Shown here one piece after another: positions 19,060-27,702 of a DNA stretch of 64,000 nucleotides (position 1 is the first letter of the stretch; each line of letters starts with the position of its first letter). Both the position numbers and the translations under genes were made by a program. The DNA is taken from NCBI GenBank assembly GCA_964568665.1, contig CAZMPY010000005.1:742-64741 (forward strand), given 5' to 3'. The notes beneath the pieces were generated by a model. That model did not search any database and was not told the DNA's origin. It saw only the letters and a list, made by a program, of their open reading frames with translations. This stretch comes from an uncultured Thermoplasmata archaeon. Its GTDB lineage: Archaea > Thermoplasmatota > Thermoplasmata > UBA10834.

Positions 19060-19461
19060 TTGCCGCTCTTCGACTTCTCGAAGGACGACAGGGCGAACGT
19101 GAAGTCCATCAAGAAGCGCACCCTGAAGATGATCGTCGAGGCCTCGAAGTCCAGCTACCCGAACGAGTTCGGGGCGGTCCTGAGGGCGGAGAAGGGCGTG
19201 ATCAAGGAGCTGATGCTGGTCCCGGGCACGGAGTCCGGGGCACACTCCGCCCTGTTCCACATGCACATGCTGCCGCTCGACTACACGATCGTCGGGACCG
19301 TGCACTCGCATCCGTCCGGCGTGATCAGGCCTTCCGATGCGGACCTGGACCTGTTCCGCAGGTTCGGCTGGGTGCACATCATCGTGGGCGCCCCGTTCAA
19401 CATGGCGAGCTGGAGGGCGTTCGACGCGTTCGGCAGGCCCAGGCCGCTCGATGTCGTGTGA
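19060..19461 (+). CDS. JAB/MPN (JAMM) metalloprotease domain protein
   Basis: JAMM motif HSHPSGVIRPSDAD with an upstream Glu (NEFG). TTG start 3 nt after the previous stop, with AGGAGGA upstream. Confidence 0.8.
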   Translation: MPLFDFSKDDRANVKSIKKRTLKMIVEASKSSYPNEFGAVLRAEKGVIKELMLVPGTESGAHSALFHMHMLPLDYTIVGTVHSHPSGVIRPSDADLDLFRRFGWVHIIVGAPFNMASWRAFDAFGRPRPLDVV

Positions 19462-19511
19462 GCGGACGGGGCGCATTCCTCAGCCATTAATATCTTGACA
19501 TCCATTCTGAG

Positions 19512-20678
19512 ATGGTCCAAGGGGACGCGCAGGAGGGCTCGGGTTTGTCGAAGAGGAAGTTGGTCATAGTGGCGACGGTCGTCGTGGTCGCGTTGGTGCT
19601 TCTGATCGCGGCCATGGCCGGACAGAAGGACGATGGCGTGACGGTGCCTCCCAGGAGCGAGACGATACCTGCGGACGCCGTCAAGATGACGCCCGCGACC
19701 GACAGCTTCGCGCCGGTCCTGCACTCGACCGAGTGGCAGGACCCCGTACCGATGCCCGGGCCGGTCAACACAGCGGGGGCCGAGGACTCCCCGTTCATCA
19801 CGCCGGACGGCGAGAGGTTCTTCTTCTTCTTCACGCCCGATGTCCGGGTGCCTGTCCAGGAGCAGCTCCTGGACGAGGTCACTGGCATCTGGTGGTGTCA
19901 GAACGTGGGAGGCTCGTGGACCGAGCCGGAGCGCATACTGCTTAACGACGACCTCTCGCTCGAAGGTGCCGAATTCGTGCAGGACGACACCATGTGGTTC
20001 GCATCGGCCAGGGCGGGGAACTACGGCGAGATCGACATCTACACGGCTGAGTACGCGGACGGCGAGTGGGGGGACGTCGAGAACACCGGCGAGCAGCTGA
20101 ACGTGGACTACGACATAGGCGAGTTCCACATCACGGCCGACGGACAGACCATGTACTTCCACACTGGCGAGTGGTCCGTCGGAGGGGACATGGACCTGTG
20201 GACGACCGAGAGGACCGCCATCGGATGGAGCCAGCCGGTCGAGGTGCCCGGGGTGAACACCGCGTCCAACGAAGGCTATCCGTTCGTCACCGAGGACGGC
20301 AGCGAGCTGTGGTACACCGGCGACAGCGGGCTCGGATACACCGGGCCCGCGCTCTACAGATGCCTCTGGGACGGCGACGCCTGGGGTCCGGCCGAGGAGA
20401 TGGTCTCGAACTTCGCGGGCGAGTGCACCATGGACGAAGCCGGAAACCTGTACTTCGTGCACCACTACTTCACCGAGGACGTGACGATGATCGAGGCGGA
20501 CATCTATGTGGCCTACAGGAACGCGGACGCATCGGCCGCTTCGGACAGCACCGCTGACATCACGGCACTCCAAGAGGCGGGGGCGTGTTCCGAACCGGTC
20601 GCGGCCGTCCGGGAATCGGACGGGGCTGATGCGAGCCGGCGGGCACCTTCGCCGGCCCCCGGCCAAACCGTTCTCTAG
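19512..20678 (+). CDS. Membrane-anchored TolB-like beta-propeller (PD40 repeat) protein
   Basis: N-terminal TM anchor. Four repeats of the pattern xPFITPDGERFFF / FHITADGQTMYFH / YPFVTEDGSELWYT / CTMDEAGNLYFV. Confidence 0.7.
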   Translation: MVQGDAQEGSGLSKRKLVIVATVVVVALVLLIAAMAGQKDDGVTVPPRSETIPADAVKMTPATDSFAPVLHSTEWQDPVPMPGPVNTAGAEDSPFITPDGERFFFFFTPDVRVPVQEQLLDEVTGIWWCQNVGGSWTEPERILLNDDLSLEGAEFVQDDTMWFASARAGNYGEIDIYTAEYADGEWGDVENTGEQLNVDYDIGEFHITADGQTMYFHTGEWSVGGDMDLWTTERTAIGWSQPVEVPGVNTASNEGYPFVTEDGSELWYTGDSGLGYTGPALYRCLWDGDAWGPAEEMVSNFAGECTMDEAGNLYFVHHYFTEDVTMIEADIYVAYRNADASAASDSTADITALQEAGACSEPVAAVRESDGADASRRAPSPAPGQTVL

Positions 20679-20721
20679 GTGCGACGCGATGTCATCTCCG
20701 AGAGACGCCCGCAGGAGCAGG

Positions 20722-21078
20722 ATGCCGATGAGGAGAGAGGATGTGAGGACGGAGAAGGACATCAGGGAGTATCTTGCGGGATGGTCCGAGTTCGAGAGGG
20801 ATGTCTATGTGGCCGCCTCCAAGATACCCGAAGGGAAGGTGACCACCTACGGCAGGCTCGCGAAGGCCGCCGGGAGGCCAAGGGCCTCGAGGGCCGTCGC
20901 GAACGCCATGCACGACAACCCGCTCTATCCGCTCGTGCCGTGCCACAGGGTGGTCAAGGCCGACGGCGGGTTCGGGGGTGACCCGAAGCGAGCGGCTGGT
21001 AGGCGGAAGCACGTGGTCGACGAGGGCGTCCCCGTAAAGGACGGCAAGGTCGTCATGACGGACGACGTCTTGTACTGA
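20722..21078 (+). CDS. ogt: Methylated-DNA-protein-cysteine methyltransferase family protein (short MGMT/Ogt DNA-binding domain type)
   Basis: TTYGRLAKAAGRPRASRAVANAM helix-turn-helix block and the active-site PCHRVV. AGGAG lies 5 nt upstream of the ATG at 20722. The ATG at 20689 is an alternative start. Confidence 0.8.
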   Translation: MPMRREDVRTEKDIREYLAGWSEFERDVYVAASKIPEGKVTTYGRLAKAAGRPRASRAVANAMHDNPLYPLVPCHRVVKADGGFGGDPKRAAGRRKHVVDEGVPVKDGKVVMTDDVLY

Positions 21079-21153
21079 CGCAGGCACGGGCCGTCCCAGG
21101 GAAAAGTCATTGAGGCGGGTCGACGATTCGGACAGTCGTAGGAGGAGCGGGAA

Positions 21154-21633
21154 ATGACAAGGGTATTGATCGTGTACGATTCGAGGACCGGGAACACGGA
21201 GAAGATGGCCCTGGCGGTGGCCGTGGGCGCGAAGAAGGTGAAGGGAGCCGATGTCGTCGTCATGAGCGTCGACAAGGCGAAGAACAAGGACCTCCTGGAG
21301 GCCGACGCCATCATCCTGGGCTCGCCCACGTACTACGGGGACATGAGCGGCAAGATGAAGGAGTTCATCGACCAGTCGGTCAAGGTCCACGGGAAGCTGA
21401 AGGGGAAGGTCGGAGGGGCATTCACCAGCTCCGGAGGGACCGCATGTGGCGCGGAGACCACGGTCCTGTCCATGCTGAAGGCGCTCCTGGTGCACGGCAT
21501 GATCGTCCAGGGGAGGCACGACGACAAGCACTACGGCGCGACCGCCGTCGAGTCGCCGGACAAGGAGGAGCTGGGGCACTGCAGAGAGCTCGGGGAGCGG
21601 GTCGCGGCCCTCGCCGCGGCTCTCGCCAGATGA
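21154..21633 (+). CDS. Flavodoxin-fold protein (WrbA/NADPH-dependent FMN reductase-like)
   Basis: VLIVYDSRTGNTEKMA FMN-binding loop and LGSPTYYGDMSGKMKEFID. Confidence 0.8.
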   Translation: MTRVLIVYDSRTGNTEKMALAVAVGAKKVKGADVVVMSVDKAKNKDLLEADAIILGSPTYYGDMSGKMKEFIDQSVKVHGKLKGKVGGAFTSSGGTACGAETTVLSMLKALLVHGMIVQGRHDDKHYGATAVESPDKEELGHCRELGERVAALAAALAR

Positions 21634-21694
21634 CCTGACCCGCCAGGCCTCCGGCTGGAGGCATTACCGCACGGACCCGCCCGTCAGGCTGGAC

Positions 21695-22885
21695 TCAGAG
21701 CGCGTTGTAGTCCACCAGGAACTCGCCCCACCCGGTCTCGGCCGGGAACCAGAGCGTGGTCGTGTAGAACACCTCGTAGGTGTCCCACCCGCTCGCCGAG
21801 CCCCACCAGATCGACAGGCCCTGGCAGTCGCGCGTGACCGCGCCCGTCGACAGGGACTTCACTGACAATTCGAACGCGTCTATCACGGCAAGTGTGGAAT
21901 CCGCGAGCGCGGTCCTCTCGACGCTCACCGGGTAGCTCCCGAGCTCCTCGTAGAGCAGCTGGGCGAACTCCAGGAAGTCTATCTGGTACTGCGAAGCCGA
22001 CATCTGGTACGCGTGCTTCGCGGCCCTGTTGTACGCCTTGCTGAACGTGTCCAGGCCCGCACCCATGTCGGAGACCCAGTCCTCGAACGGGACGATGGCC
22101 GCCCTGTAGGCCGCCAGGTCTATCGCAGCCAGCTCGACCTTCTGCGAGGGCCCGAAGAACGCCTCCCAGCCCAGGACCATGTCGTCCGCGAGCTGCGCGG
22201 GCGTCCTCGATGAGTCCGCCACGACCGGCTCGAACATGAGGTCGTACGGCAGGCCGAACCCGGGCACGAGCTCCTCGGAGGCCACCACGAAGTCCACTAG
22301 CCCCGCCCGGTCGATCTCGTACATGCGCTCCATACTGGCCATCAGGCAGGCGTCGAACCCGAGCACGTCTATGTGGACGTTCGCATCGGTCAGCGCGTGC
22401 ACGAACTGCGGGCCGTACATGCGCTCCTCGTCGATGTTGAACACAGTCCACGCGGTCCCGTGGTCCCACATGACGACCGCGAGATGGTCCGACGGATAGG
22501 TGCCGTCGGCCCACACGAGGAAGTCCGTGACCGTCGTGACGTTACCGAACGCGAGCTCCTCCTCGCAATACACCGTGGTCGTGTCGACGCCCGAGAACTC
22601 GACGACCTCGTAGCCGTCGACGCTGGCCCTGTCGACCCACGCGACGATGTTGACGTCAGGGTTGTCCTCGAGGTTCAGCAGGAACGGCAGGCTGAAGTCG
22701 TCCCAGCATGCCTCCAGGTTGTTGTCCGCGTTGATGTACAACGCTATCGTCCAATCGGCGACGGCCGTGTCGGCTTCATCCGCCGCGGACGCCCGCATGC
22801 CGGACCCGCCCGGACCTGCGAGCACGATTGCGATCGCAGCTACCACTAACCCTCTCACAAGTAATGCTCTAGCCAATCCCCGCAA
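21695..22885 (-). CDS. Secreted clostripain-like cysteine peptidase (family C11), paralog 3
   Basis: WTIALYINADNNLE, VVMWDHGTAW (His) and LGFDACLMASME (Cys). N-terminal signal-like segment. Confidence 0.8.
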   Translation of the reverse strand: MRGLARALLVRGLVVAAIAIVLAGPGGSGMRASAADEADTAVADWTIALYINADNNLEACWDDFSLPFLLNLEDNPDVNIVAWVDRASVDGYEVVEFSGVDTTTVYCEEELAFGNVTTVTDFLVWADGTYPSDHLAVVMWDHGTAWTVFNIDEERMYGPQFVHALTDANVHIDVLGFDACLMASMERMYEIDRAGLVDFVVASEELVPGFGLPYDLMFEPVVADSSRTPAQLADDMVLGWEAFFGPSQKVELAAIDLAAYRAAIVPFEDWVSDMGAGLDTFSKAYNRAAKHAYQMSASQYQIDFLEFAQLLYEELGSYPVSVERTALADSTLAVIDAFELSVKSLSTGAVTRDCQGLSIWWGSASGWDTYEVFYTTTLWFPAETGWGEFLVDYNAL

Positions 22886-23008
22886 ATGCGCTACCCCCCT
22901 CTAAGGCTGTCAACCGAATCGACTGGATGCTATAAATAGGATTCTTGGCGCCCCGGACAAGCACCAGGACACGGGTTGCCGCGGATACCTTCATGACCCC
23001 CGGCAGGA

Positions 23009-23263
23009 ATGCTCCCTGGAGGCGGTGGCGACAGTATGGACTCGGGAGCCGACAGTATCATCGCGATGAAGGATGCACAGACGAAGGCCATGATAGCCAA
23101 CCTGGAGACCAAGAGAGTGGCGGACGGCAGGTTGCGCGACATAAAGACCGGGGCGGAGAACGCCGGGATACGCGCGCGGATGAGGAACGAACTGCTCTTC
23201 GGAATCGGCCTGCTCCTGGCCATCGCGTTGCTGACCTTCGTGTTCTTCTTCATGGTGCTGTGA
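23009..23263 (+). CDS. Hypothetical small protein with C-terminal TM helix
   Basis: Reasonable composition and a C-terminal LLFGIGLLLAIALLTFVFFFMVL helix. No motif recognised. Confidence 0.35.
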   Translation: MLPGGGGDSMDSGADSIIAMKDAQTKAMIANLETKRVADGRLRDIKTGAENAGIRARMRNELLFGIGLLLAIALLTFVFFFMVL

Positions 23264-23486
23264 GCCGCCGCGTACTGATGGAACGGACCGTCACGATGTC
23301 CATCAAGAGCGTTCGTCATCTAAGCGTGTCGAGCACGAGGAACCTCTGGGGCTTGTTCGCGTCGACGAGGAGGGTGACATTCAGGCCGGTCTGGCACTCG
23401 AGCCGTCGCTTCGGCATGTACCCGCCCACCATCTTCGTGCTCTTGATGGCCCCCGCCCGCCATCTGCGTTGCTGGTCTCGCAGGGC

Positions 23487-24998
23487 TCAGACGAGCATCA
23501 GGAACGTCGATGCGGGGACGGTGGAGTATTCCCTGTATTCGCCGAAATCGCCCTTTGACACGAGCACCCCGTGCCCGAACTGGAAGAGGGAGGACAGGTC
23601 GCTCCTGTCGACCGAGGACCTGTACTTGACCTCGACAGGATAGAGCTCATCCCCGCGTCTGAGGACGAAATCCGTCTCGCGGTCCTTCTTCTCGCTCCTG
23701 AAGAACATCACCCGCTCGTGATGTGAGAATATGTCGCTCGGATCCGCCTCATAGCTCAGCCGGACGAGGTGCTCCCCCACGGCCATCTCTACGAGCTTGC
23801 TCCTCTCGACCGGGTCTCTGAGCGCGTCCACGGTCCGCTCGTGGTATCTCTGGGAACCGTCGAGCCAGCCCCTTACCGAGTGGTACAGGAACGGGTCCTT
23901 GAAGTAGACCTTCTTGCTGCGCCTGTACATCGGGAGCGAGTCGTCCCCCGACATCTGGTAGAACACATTCAGCACGAAGGACCCTTCGAGCGCCTCGAGG
24001 TATGACGACACGGTGTTGTGCGACTGTATCTCGGTGTCCTTCACGATCGAGTTGAGCGTGATCCTCGTCGTCATCTTGTCGACGACGGCCCTGAGCACCT
24101 GTTTGGCGATGTTCTCCTGGAAGCGCCACTTCATCAGGTCGCCCATGAGCGCACGGACATACAGCTCGTACGTGGACTGCGGGATGCTCCCCTGGGAGAA
24201 GCGCTCGGACATGGCGCGTGCGATCCCACCCGTGAACAGATAGTCATCCAGCAGGGGCGTGAGGTCTCTCTCGCAGAGCATGAGCGCATCCCTGAGCTTG
24301 GGGTCGATGCGGCCCCTGCAGAGCTCCGAGAGAGTGCGCATCCTCAGACTCGGAGTCGTGTGATATACAGGGGACAGCCGGTCTCTGAGCTTCGGGGCGA
24401 CCGCGGCCACGTACTCCGAGAAGGTCATCGGCAGCAGGAGCTTGTTGACGATCCCGTCCCCCTCCCCGCGCCTTCCCGGCAGCAGTTCCGCCGCCCGCCT
24501 AATGTCGAGGGAATGGGAGCCCGTGAGCACGACCGTCTTGCCTATGAGCGCGCCGCTGTCGGCGAGGTGTTTCATCGACCGTTCCCAGCCTGCGACTGAC
24601 GATATCTCGTCGATGAGGAGGACGCAGCGGGACAGCTCGGATCTGCCTGCGAACTCGCCATAGGTCTTCACGACCTGCGCGAGGTCGTCCCCCTTCCCGA
24701 GGGAATCGCAGTTGAAGTAGAACACCGATCTCGGGTCCCGCTCCTCATCGACGATCATCTTCTGGGCAAGGAGTTTGAGCAGGGTTGTCTTGCCCACCTG
24801 ACGGGGACCGCGGAGGGTGTAGACGCGGTCCTTGGTGACATCGAACTCCCCGAGCTCCTTCGGGACCCATCTGAGCCTGCTGCCCTGCAATCCCTTGATC
24901 TGGGGGTCGCTCTTGATCAGGACGGGTTCGCCCCACCAAGGGTTCTGCGAGGCAAGGTCTCTGAGGTCCATCTCCTGTCCATCTCCAGTCCGGCGCAT
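23487..24998 (-). CDS. AAA-family ATPase with DUF4143-like domain (second copy of this family in the window)
   Basis: NPWW N-terminal motif, Walker A GPRQVGKTTLLK, Walker B VLLIDEIS. Same architecture as 8744-10126. Confidence 0.75.
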   Translation of the reverse strand: MRRTGDGQEMDLRDLASQNPWWGEPVLIKSDPQIKGLQGSRLRWVPKELGEFDVTKDRVYTLRGPRQVGKTTLLKLLAQKMIVDEERDPRSVFYFNCDSLGKGDDLAQVVKTYGEFAGRSELSRCVLLIDEISSVAGWERSMKHLADSGALIGKTVVLTGSHSLDIRRAAELLPGRRGEGDGIVNKLLLPMTFSEYVAAVAPKLRDRLSPVYHTTPSLRMRTLSELCRGRIDPKLRDALMLCERDLTPLLDDYLFTGGIARAMSERFSQGSIPQSTYELYVRALMGDLMKWRFQENIAKQVLRAVVDKMTTRITLNSIVKDTEIQSHNTVSSYLEALEGSFVLNVFYQMSGDDSLPMYRRSKKVYFKDPFLYHSVRGWLDGSQRYHERTVDALRDPVERSKLVEMAVGEHLVRLSYEADPSDIFSHHERVMFFRSEKKDRETDFVLRRGDELYPVEVKYRSSVDRSDLSSLFQFGHGVLVSKGDFGEYREYSTVPASTFLMLV

Positions 24999-25041
24999 GC
25001 CTGGACGGCATATCTAGGGGCATCCAGTATATAAATAAGTT

Positions 25042-25123
25042 GTCATCATGATGACCAGTCATTTATAAAGGACCGGTCATCGCATTGACCACCCACCTAT
25101 AAACAGCCTGTCAACGCGTTGAC
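25042..25123. promoter_or_regulatory. Cluster of palindromes built on GTCA/TGAC half-sites, interleaved with TATA-like boxes
   Basis: GTCATCATGATGAC (25042-25055), ATGACCAGTCAT (25051-25062), GACCGGTC (25071-25078) and GTCAACGCGTTGAC (25110-25123). TATA-like TATATAAATAA and TTTATAAA lie nearby. The cluster is upstream of the AAA ATPase start at 24998. Confidence 0.4.
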
Positions 25124-25180
25124 TGAAACTGCATCCCGACAGACGACACCGAGAGCTCTCGAAGTGCCCTGGAGAGAGGC

Positions 25181-25315
25181 TCAGAGTATCCTGCTCCTTG
25201 GGCGATGATGTCCGTCTTGACATCGCCCCCAATGATCACCCCGATCTTCATCCTGCCGGACCCGGCCCTGACGCCGTCGACGACGACCATGGCCTCACGC
25301 TCGCCCAGCCTGAGG
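25181..25315 (-). pseudogene. Relic copy of the 3' end of the glmU-like gene (left-handed beta-helix region) with an internal deletion
   Basis: TCAGAGTATCCTGCT plus about 120 nt align by eye with 26476-26686. Shared segments include CCGTCTTGACATCG..ATGATCACCCCGA..CCTGCCGGACCCGG.CCTGACGCCGTCGACGACGACCATG..CCTGAGG. About 76 nt are missing relative to the intact gene. Confidence 0.7.
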
Positions 25316-25449
25316 AAAAGGGCAGGGGTTGATCCCACGGGGACCGCCGCACCACGGATGCAGGCCGGGACTGGCCGACACATACCGCAAGTGCATGTAA
25401 GCCTACAGGCAGTGCAAACGACCATGGGGACCCATCCGATGCGCACATC

Positions 25450-26088
25450 ATGGTCCGCCCCGTCGAGTACATCTATGTCGACGAGAGCGGGGACATCGGC
25501 GTCGGCCCGAGGAGTTCCGCGTTCTTCGTCGTCGGCGCAACCGTAACCAATGACAAGCGCACCTTGGAGAGATTAGCGAAGAGGACCCGGAGGTCACTCG
25601 GCGTGATGGAGCGACGGGCTGCAGAGCTGAAGTTCTCACGGAGCTCGATCGCTGTTCGACGACGCGTCCTGAAGTCCTATGGCCGCACGGATCTGCGTTT
25701 CCTCTGGGTCGGACTTAGGAAGGACAGGTTCCAGGTGAACGATGCATATGCTCGCAGGGGCGTGCTCCAGGACGGATACTCTCACCTGTTCACGGCGCTC
25801 CTCTCGGACCGAGACATCGACTGCGACCATATCGTCATCGACTCGCGGAAGGAGGGATGGATGAACGAGCTCATGGCCACCCAAGGGACGAGGTTCTTCC
25901 GGACAGGCCCCGGAGCACGGGCACGCGCTCCAGATGCCATCATCACGAGGGCCGACTCGACGAGGTCGGCGGGACTGCAGATCACTGACTTCGCGGTCGG
26001 CGCCGTATTCCAGATGCTCGAGAGAGACAATGAGGAGTACTACGACCTGATCAGGGACAGGGTATGCTTCGGGCGACTGCTTGAATGA
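25450..26088 (+). CDS. DUF3800 domain protein
   Basis: The N-terminal YIYVDESGDIG motif is characteristic of DUF3800. It lies between the relic and the intact glmU-like 3' ends. Confidence 0.65.
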   Translation: MVRPVEYIYVDESGDIGVGPRSSAFFVVGATVTNDKRTLERLAKRTRRSLGVMERRAAELKFSRSSIAVRRRVLKSYGRTDLRFLWVGLRKDRFQVNDAYARRGVLQDGYSHLFTALLSDRDIDCDHIVIDSRKEGWMNELMATQGTRFFRTGPGARARAPDAIITRADSTRSAGLQITDFAVGAVFQMLERDNEEYYDLIRDRVCFGRLLE

Positions 26089-26091
26089 AAA

Positions 26092-26167
26092 GGTAGCAGC
26101 CCCCGGACGGATTCTGCGCATGGGCACCCCATTCCGGAGTCCACTCTACCGCCCGGGACTTACCTGC
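26092..26167 (-). ncRNA. Structured-RNA-like element A (about 76 nt, class unknown)
   Basis: On the minus strand: GCAGGTAAGTCCCGGGCGG...CCGTCCGGGGGCTGCTACC followed by TTTT. A long terminal helix is predicted by eye (GCAG/CTGC and CCCGGGCGG/CCGTCCGGGGG), plus an apical hairpin with a GGAAT loop. TTATATAT lies about 25 nt upstream. It is a paralog of element B. Confidence 0.35.
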
Positions 26168-26192
26168 TGAAAGATAGATTCGACTCCACGAG

Positions 26193-26201
26193 ATATATAA
26201 G
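26193..26201 (-). promoter_or_regulatory. TATA box upstream of RNA-like element A
   Basis: CTTATATATC on the minus strand, 25 nt before the GCAGG 5' end of element A, with an A-rich BRE-like stretch upstream. Confidence 0.4.
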
Positions 26202-26319
26202 TTTGCTGCGGACGTAGGCTGCAACCCAATACGAAGCACGCACCGTTCCTGAAGGGACTTGCTGCCTCCCGCACGAGAATGCTAGCCTGCAGGCAACACA
26301 CCGGAACTGTCAGAAAAAT

Positions 26320-26391
26320 GGTGCAGCCCCCGGACGGAGTGTTTGATGGGGCACCATTCCGGAGCCCGCTATACCGCCGGGACTTACCTGC
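26320..26391 (-). ncRNA. Structured-RNA-like element B (about 72 nt, class unknown)
   Basis: GCAGGTAAGTCCCGGCGG...CCGTCCGGGGGCTGCACC followed by ATTTTT. Same predicted helices as element A, with indel and base differences that keep the pairing. It lies about 85 nt downstream of the glmU-like stop. Confidence 0.35.
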
Positions 26392-26475
26392 AGATCGTCA
26401 TTGAAGCCCACGCAACATGAACCTATCGTCCAGATGTAGCATATGGCCTGTACGTCCGTGCCGGCGTCGCCCGGC

Positions 26476-27702
26476 TCAGAGTATCCTGCTATTCGGGGCG
26501 ATGACGCCCCTGGCGATGGCCCCCATGCCTATGAACGAGCCCTCGCCTATGACCGTGCCGACATCGATGGTGGCGTTGATGCCCGTCTTGACATCGTCCC
26601 CCATGATCACCCCGAGCTTCCTCCTGCCGGACCCGGTCCTGACGCCGTCGACGACGACCATGACCTCGCGCTCGTCGAGCCTGAGGTTCGCGACCTTGGT
26701 CCCCGCGCCCAGGTTGCACCGCTCGCCTATGACGCTGTCCCCGACATAGCTCAGGTGGGGCACCTTGCTGTGGTCCATGAGGATGGAGTTCTTGAGCTCG
26801 ACCGCGTTCCCGACCTTGCAGTGGTTCCCGACGGACGTGCTCGGACGGAGGTAGGCGTTCGGACCGACCTCGCACTCCTCGCCTATGATGACCGGGCCCT
26901 CGATGTAGGACCCCGCCTTGACGTGCGTGCCCTTGCCCACCTGCAGGGGCCCGACGACCGTGGCCTTCTCGGACACCTCGCCCTCGATCCTCGTCTCGAT
27001 GTCCTTCATCAGTATCCTGTTCGCCTCGAGCAGGTCCCACGGGCGCGCGACGTCTATCCACTCGCCCGTGAGCCTGTGCGTGTACAGGTGGCTCTTGGCC
27101 ATGAGTATCTTGAAAGAATCGGTGACCTCGTACTCACCGCGGACTGACCGCTTGGTCTCCGCGATGGCGTCGAACACCTCGGGCCCGAGCACGTAGGCGC
27201 CCGCGTTGACCAGGTTCCCCTCGGGCACCTCCGGCTTCTCGACTATGTCGGTGACGACGCCGTCCTCGACCTTGACGACCCCGTACCGTCTCGGGTCCTC
27301 GACCGAGGTCAGGGCCATGACGCTCCCCTTGACCTTGTGGTGGTGCGCGACAAGGCCCTTGACGCTCTCCTTGGTCAGGACGACATCGCCGTACATGCAC
27401 AGGAACGGGGAGTCGACCTTGTCCCTGATCATGCCTATGGCATGGGCCGTGCCCAGGCGCTCCTTCTGCTCGACATACTCGATCCTGACGCCGAACGCCT
27501 TCCCGTCCCCGAAGTGCTCCCTGACCCTGGGGGCCTTCCAGCCTACGAGGAGCATGATGTCCCTGATGCCGGCCTCCTTGAGCGACTCGACGTTGTGCTC
27601 CAGGAACGGCCTGCCCGCGACGGGCAGGAGGGGCTTCGGGATGTTCGATGTCAGAGGGCGCATCCTGACGCCCTCGCCGGCCGCGAGTATGTAGCCCTTC
27701 AT
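26476..27702 (-). CDS. Bifunctional sugar-1-phosphate nucleotidylyltransferase/acetyltransferase (archaeal GlmU-like)
   Basis: MKGYILAAGEGVRMRPLTSNIPKPLLPV nucleotidyltransferase N-terminus and a C-terminal hexapeptide-repeat (LbH) domain. The ATG at 27702 overlaps the glmM stop (ATGA). The longer ORF-track start at 27879 lies inside glmM. Confidence 0.85.
   Translation of the reverse strand: MKGYILAAGEGVRMRPLTSNIPKPLLPVAGRPFLEHNVESLKEAGIRDIMLLVGWKAPRVREHFGDGKAFGVRIEYVEQKERLGTAHAIGMIRDKVDSPFLCMYGDVVLTKESVKGLVAHHHKVKGSVMALTSVEDPRRYGVVKVEDGVVTDIVEKPEVPEGNLVNAGAYVLGPEVFDAIAETKRSVRGEYEVTDSFKILMAKSHLYTHRLTGEWIDVARPWDLLEANRILMKDIETRIEGEVSEKATVVGPLQVGKGTHVKAGSYIEGPVIIGEECEVGPNAYLRPSTSVGNHCKVGNAVELKNSILMDHSKVPHLSYVGDSVIGERCNLGAGTKVANLRLDEREVMVVVDGVRTGSGRRKLGVIMGDDVKTGINATIDVGTVIGEGSFIGMGAIARGVIAPNSRIL

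Noticed and set aside
19281-20762. 493-aa minus-strand ORF opposite the PD40 beta-propeller gene
   Set aside because: Arg/Gly/Pro/Val-rich shadow ORF. The plus-strand gene shows four clear PD40 repeats.
23300-23486. Short minus-strand ORF (..MPKRRLECQTGLNVTLLVDANKPQRFLVLDTLR) downstream of the second AAA ATPase
   Set aside because: It looks protein-like but is under 45 aa, has no clear start context and no motif I recognise. It may be a gene fragment.
26092-26391. Interpretation of the two repeated elements as tRNA genes, tRNA halves or C/D-box sRNAs
   Set aside because: There is no T-loop (GTTCRAATC), no cloverleaf, and acceptor-stem complementarity of only 4 bp. Element B is flanked by AATGACGA (C-box-like) and CTGA (D-box-like), but the spacing of about 100 nt and the absence of the boxes in element A argue against a C/D sRNA. 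I kept them as unknown structured-RNA candidates.
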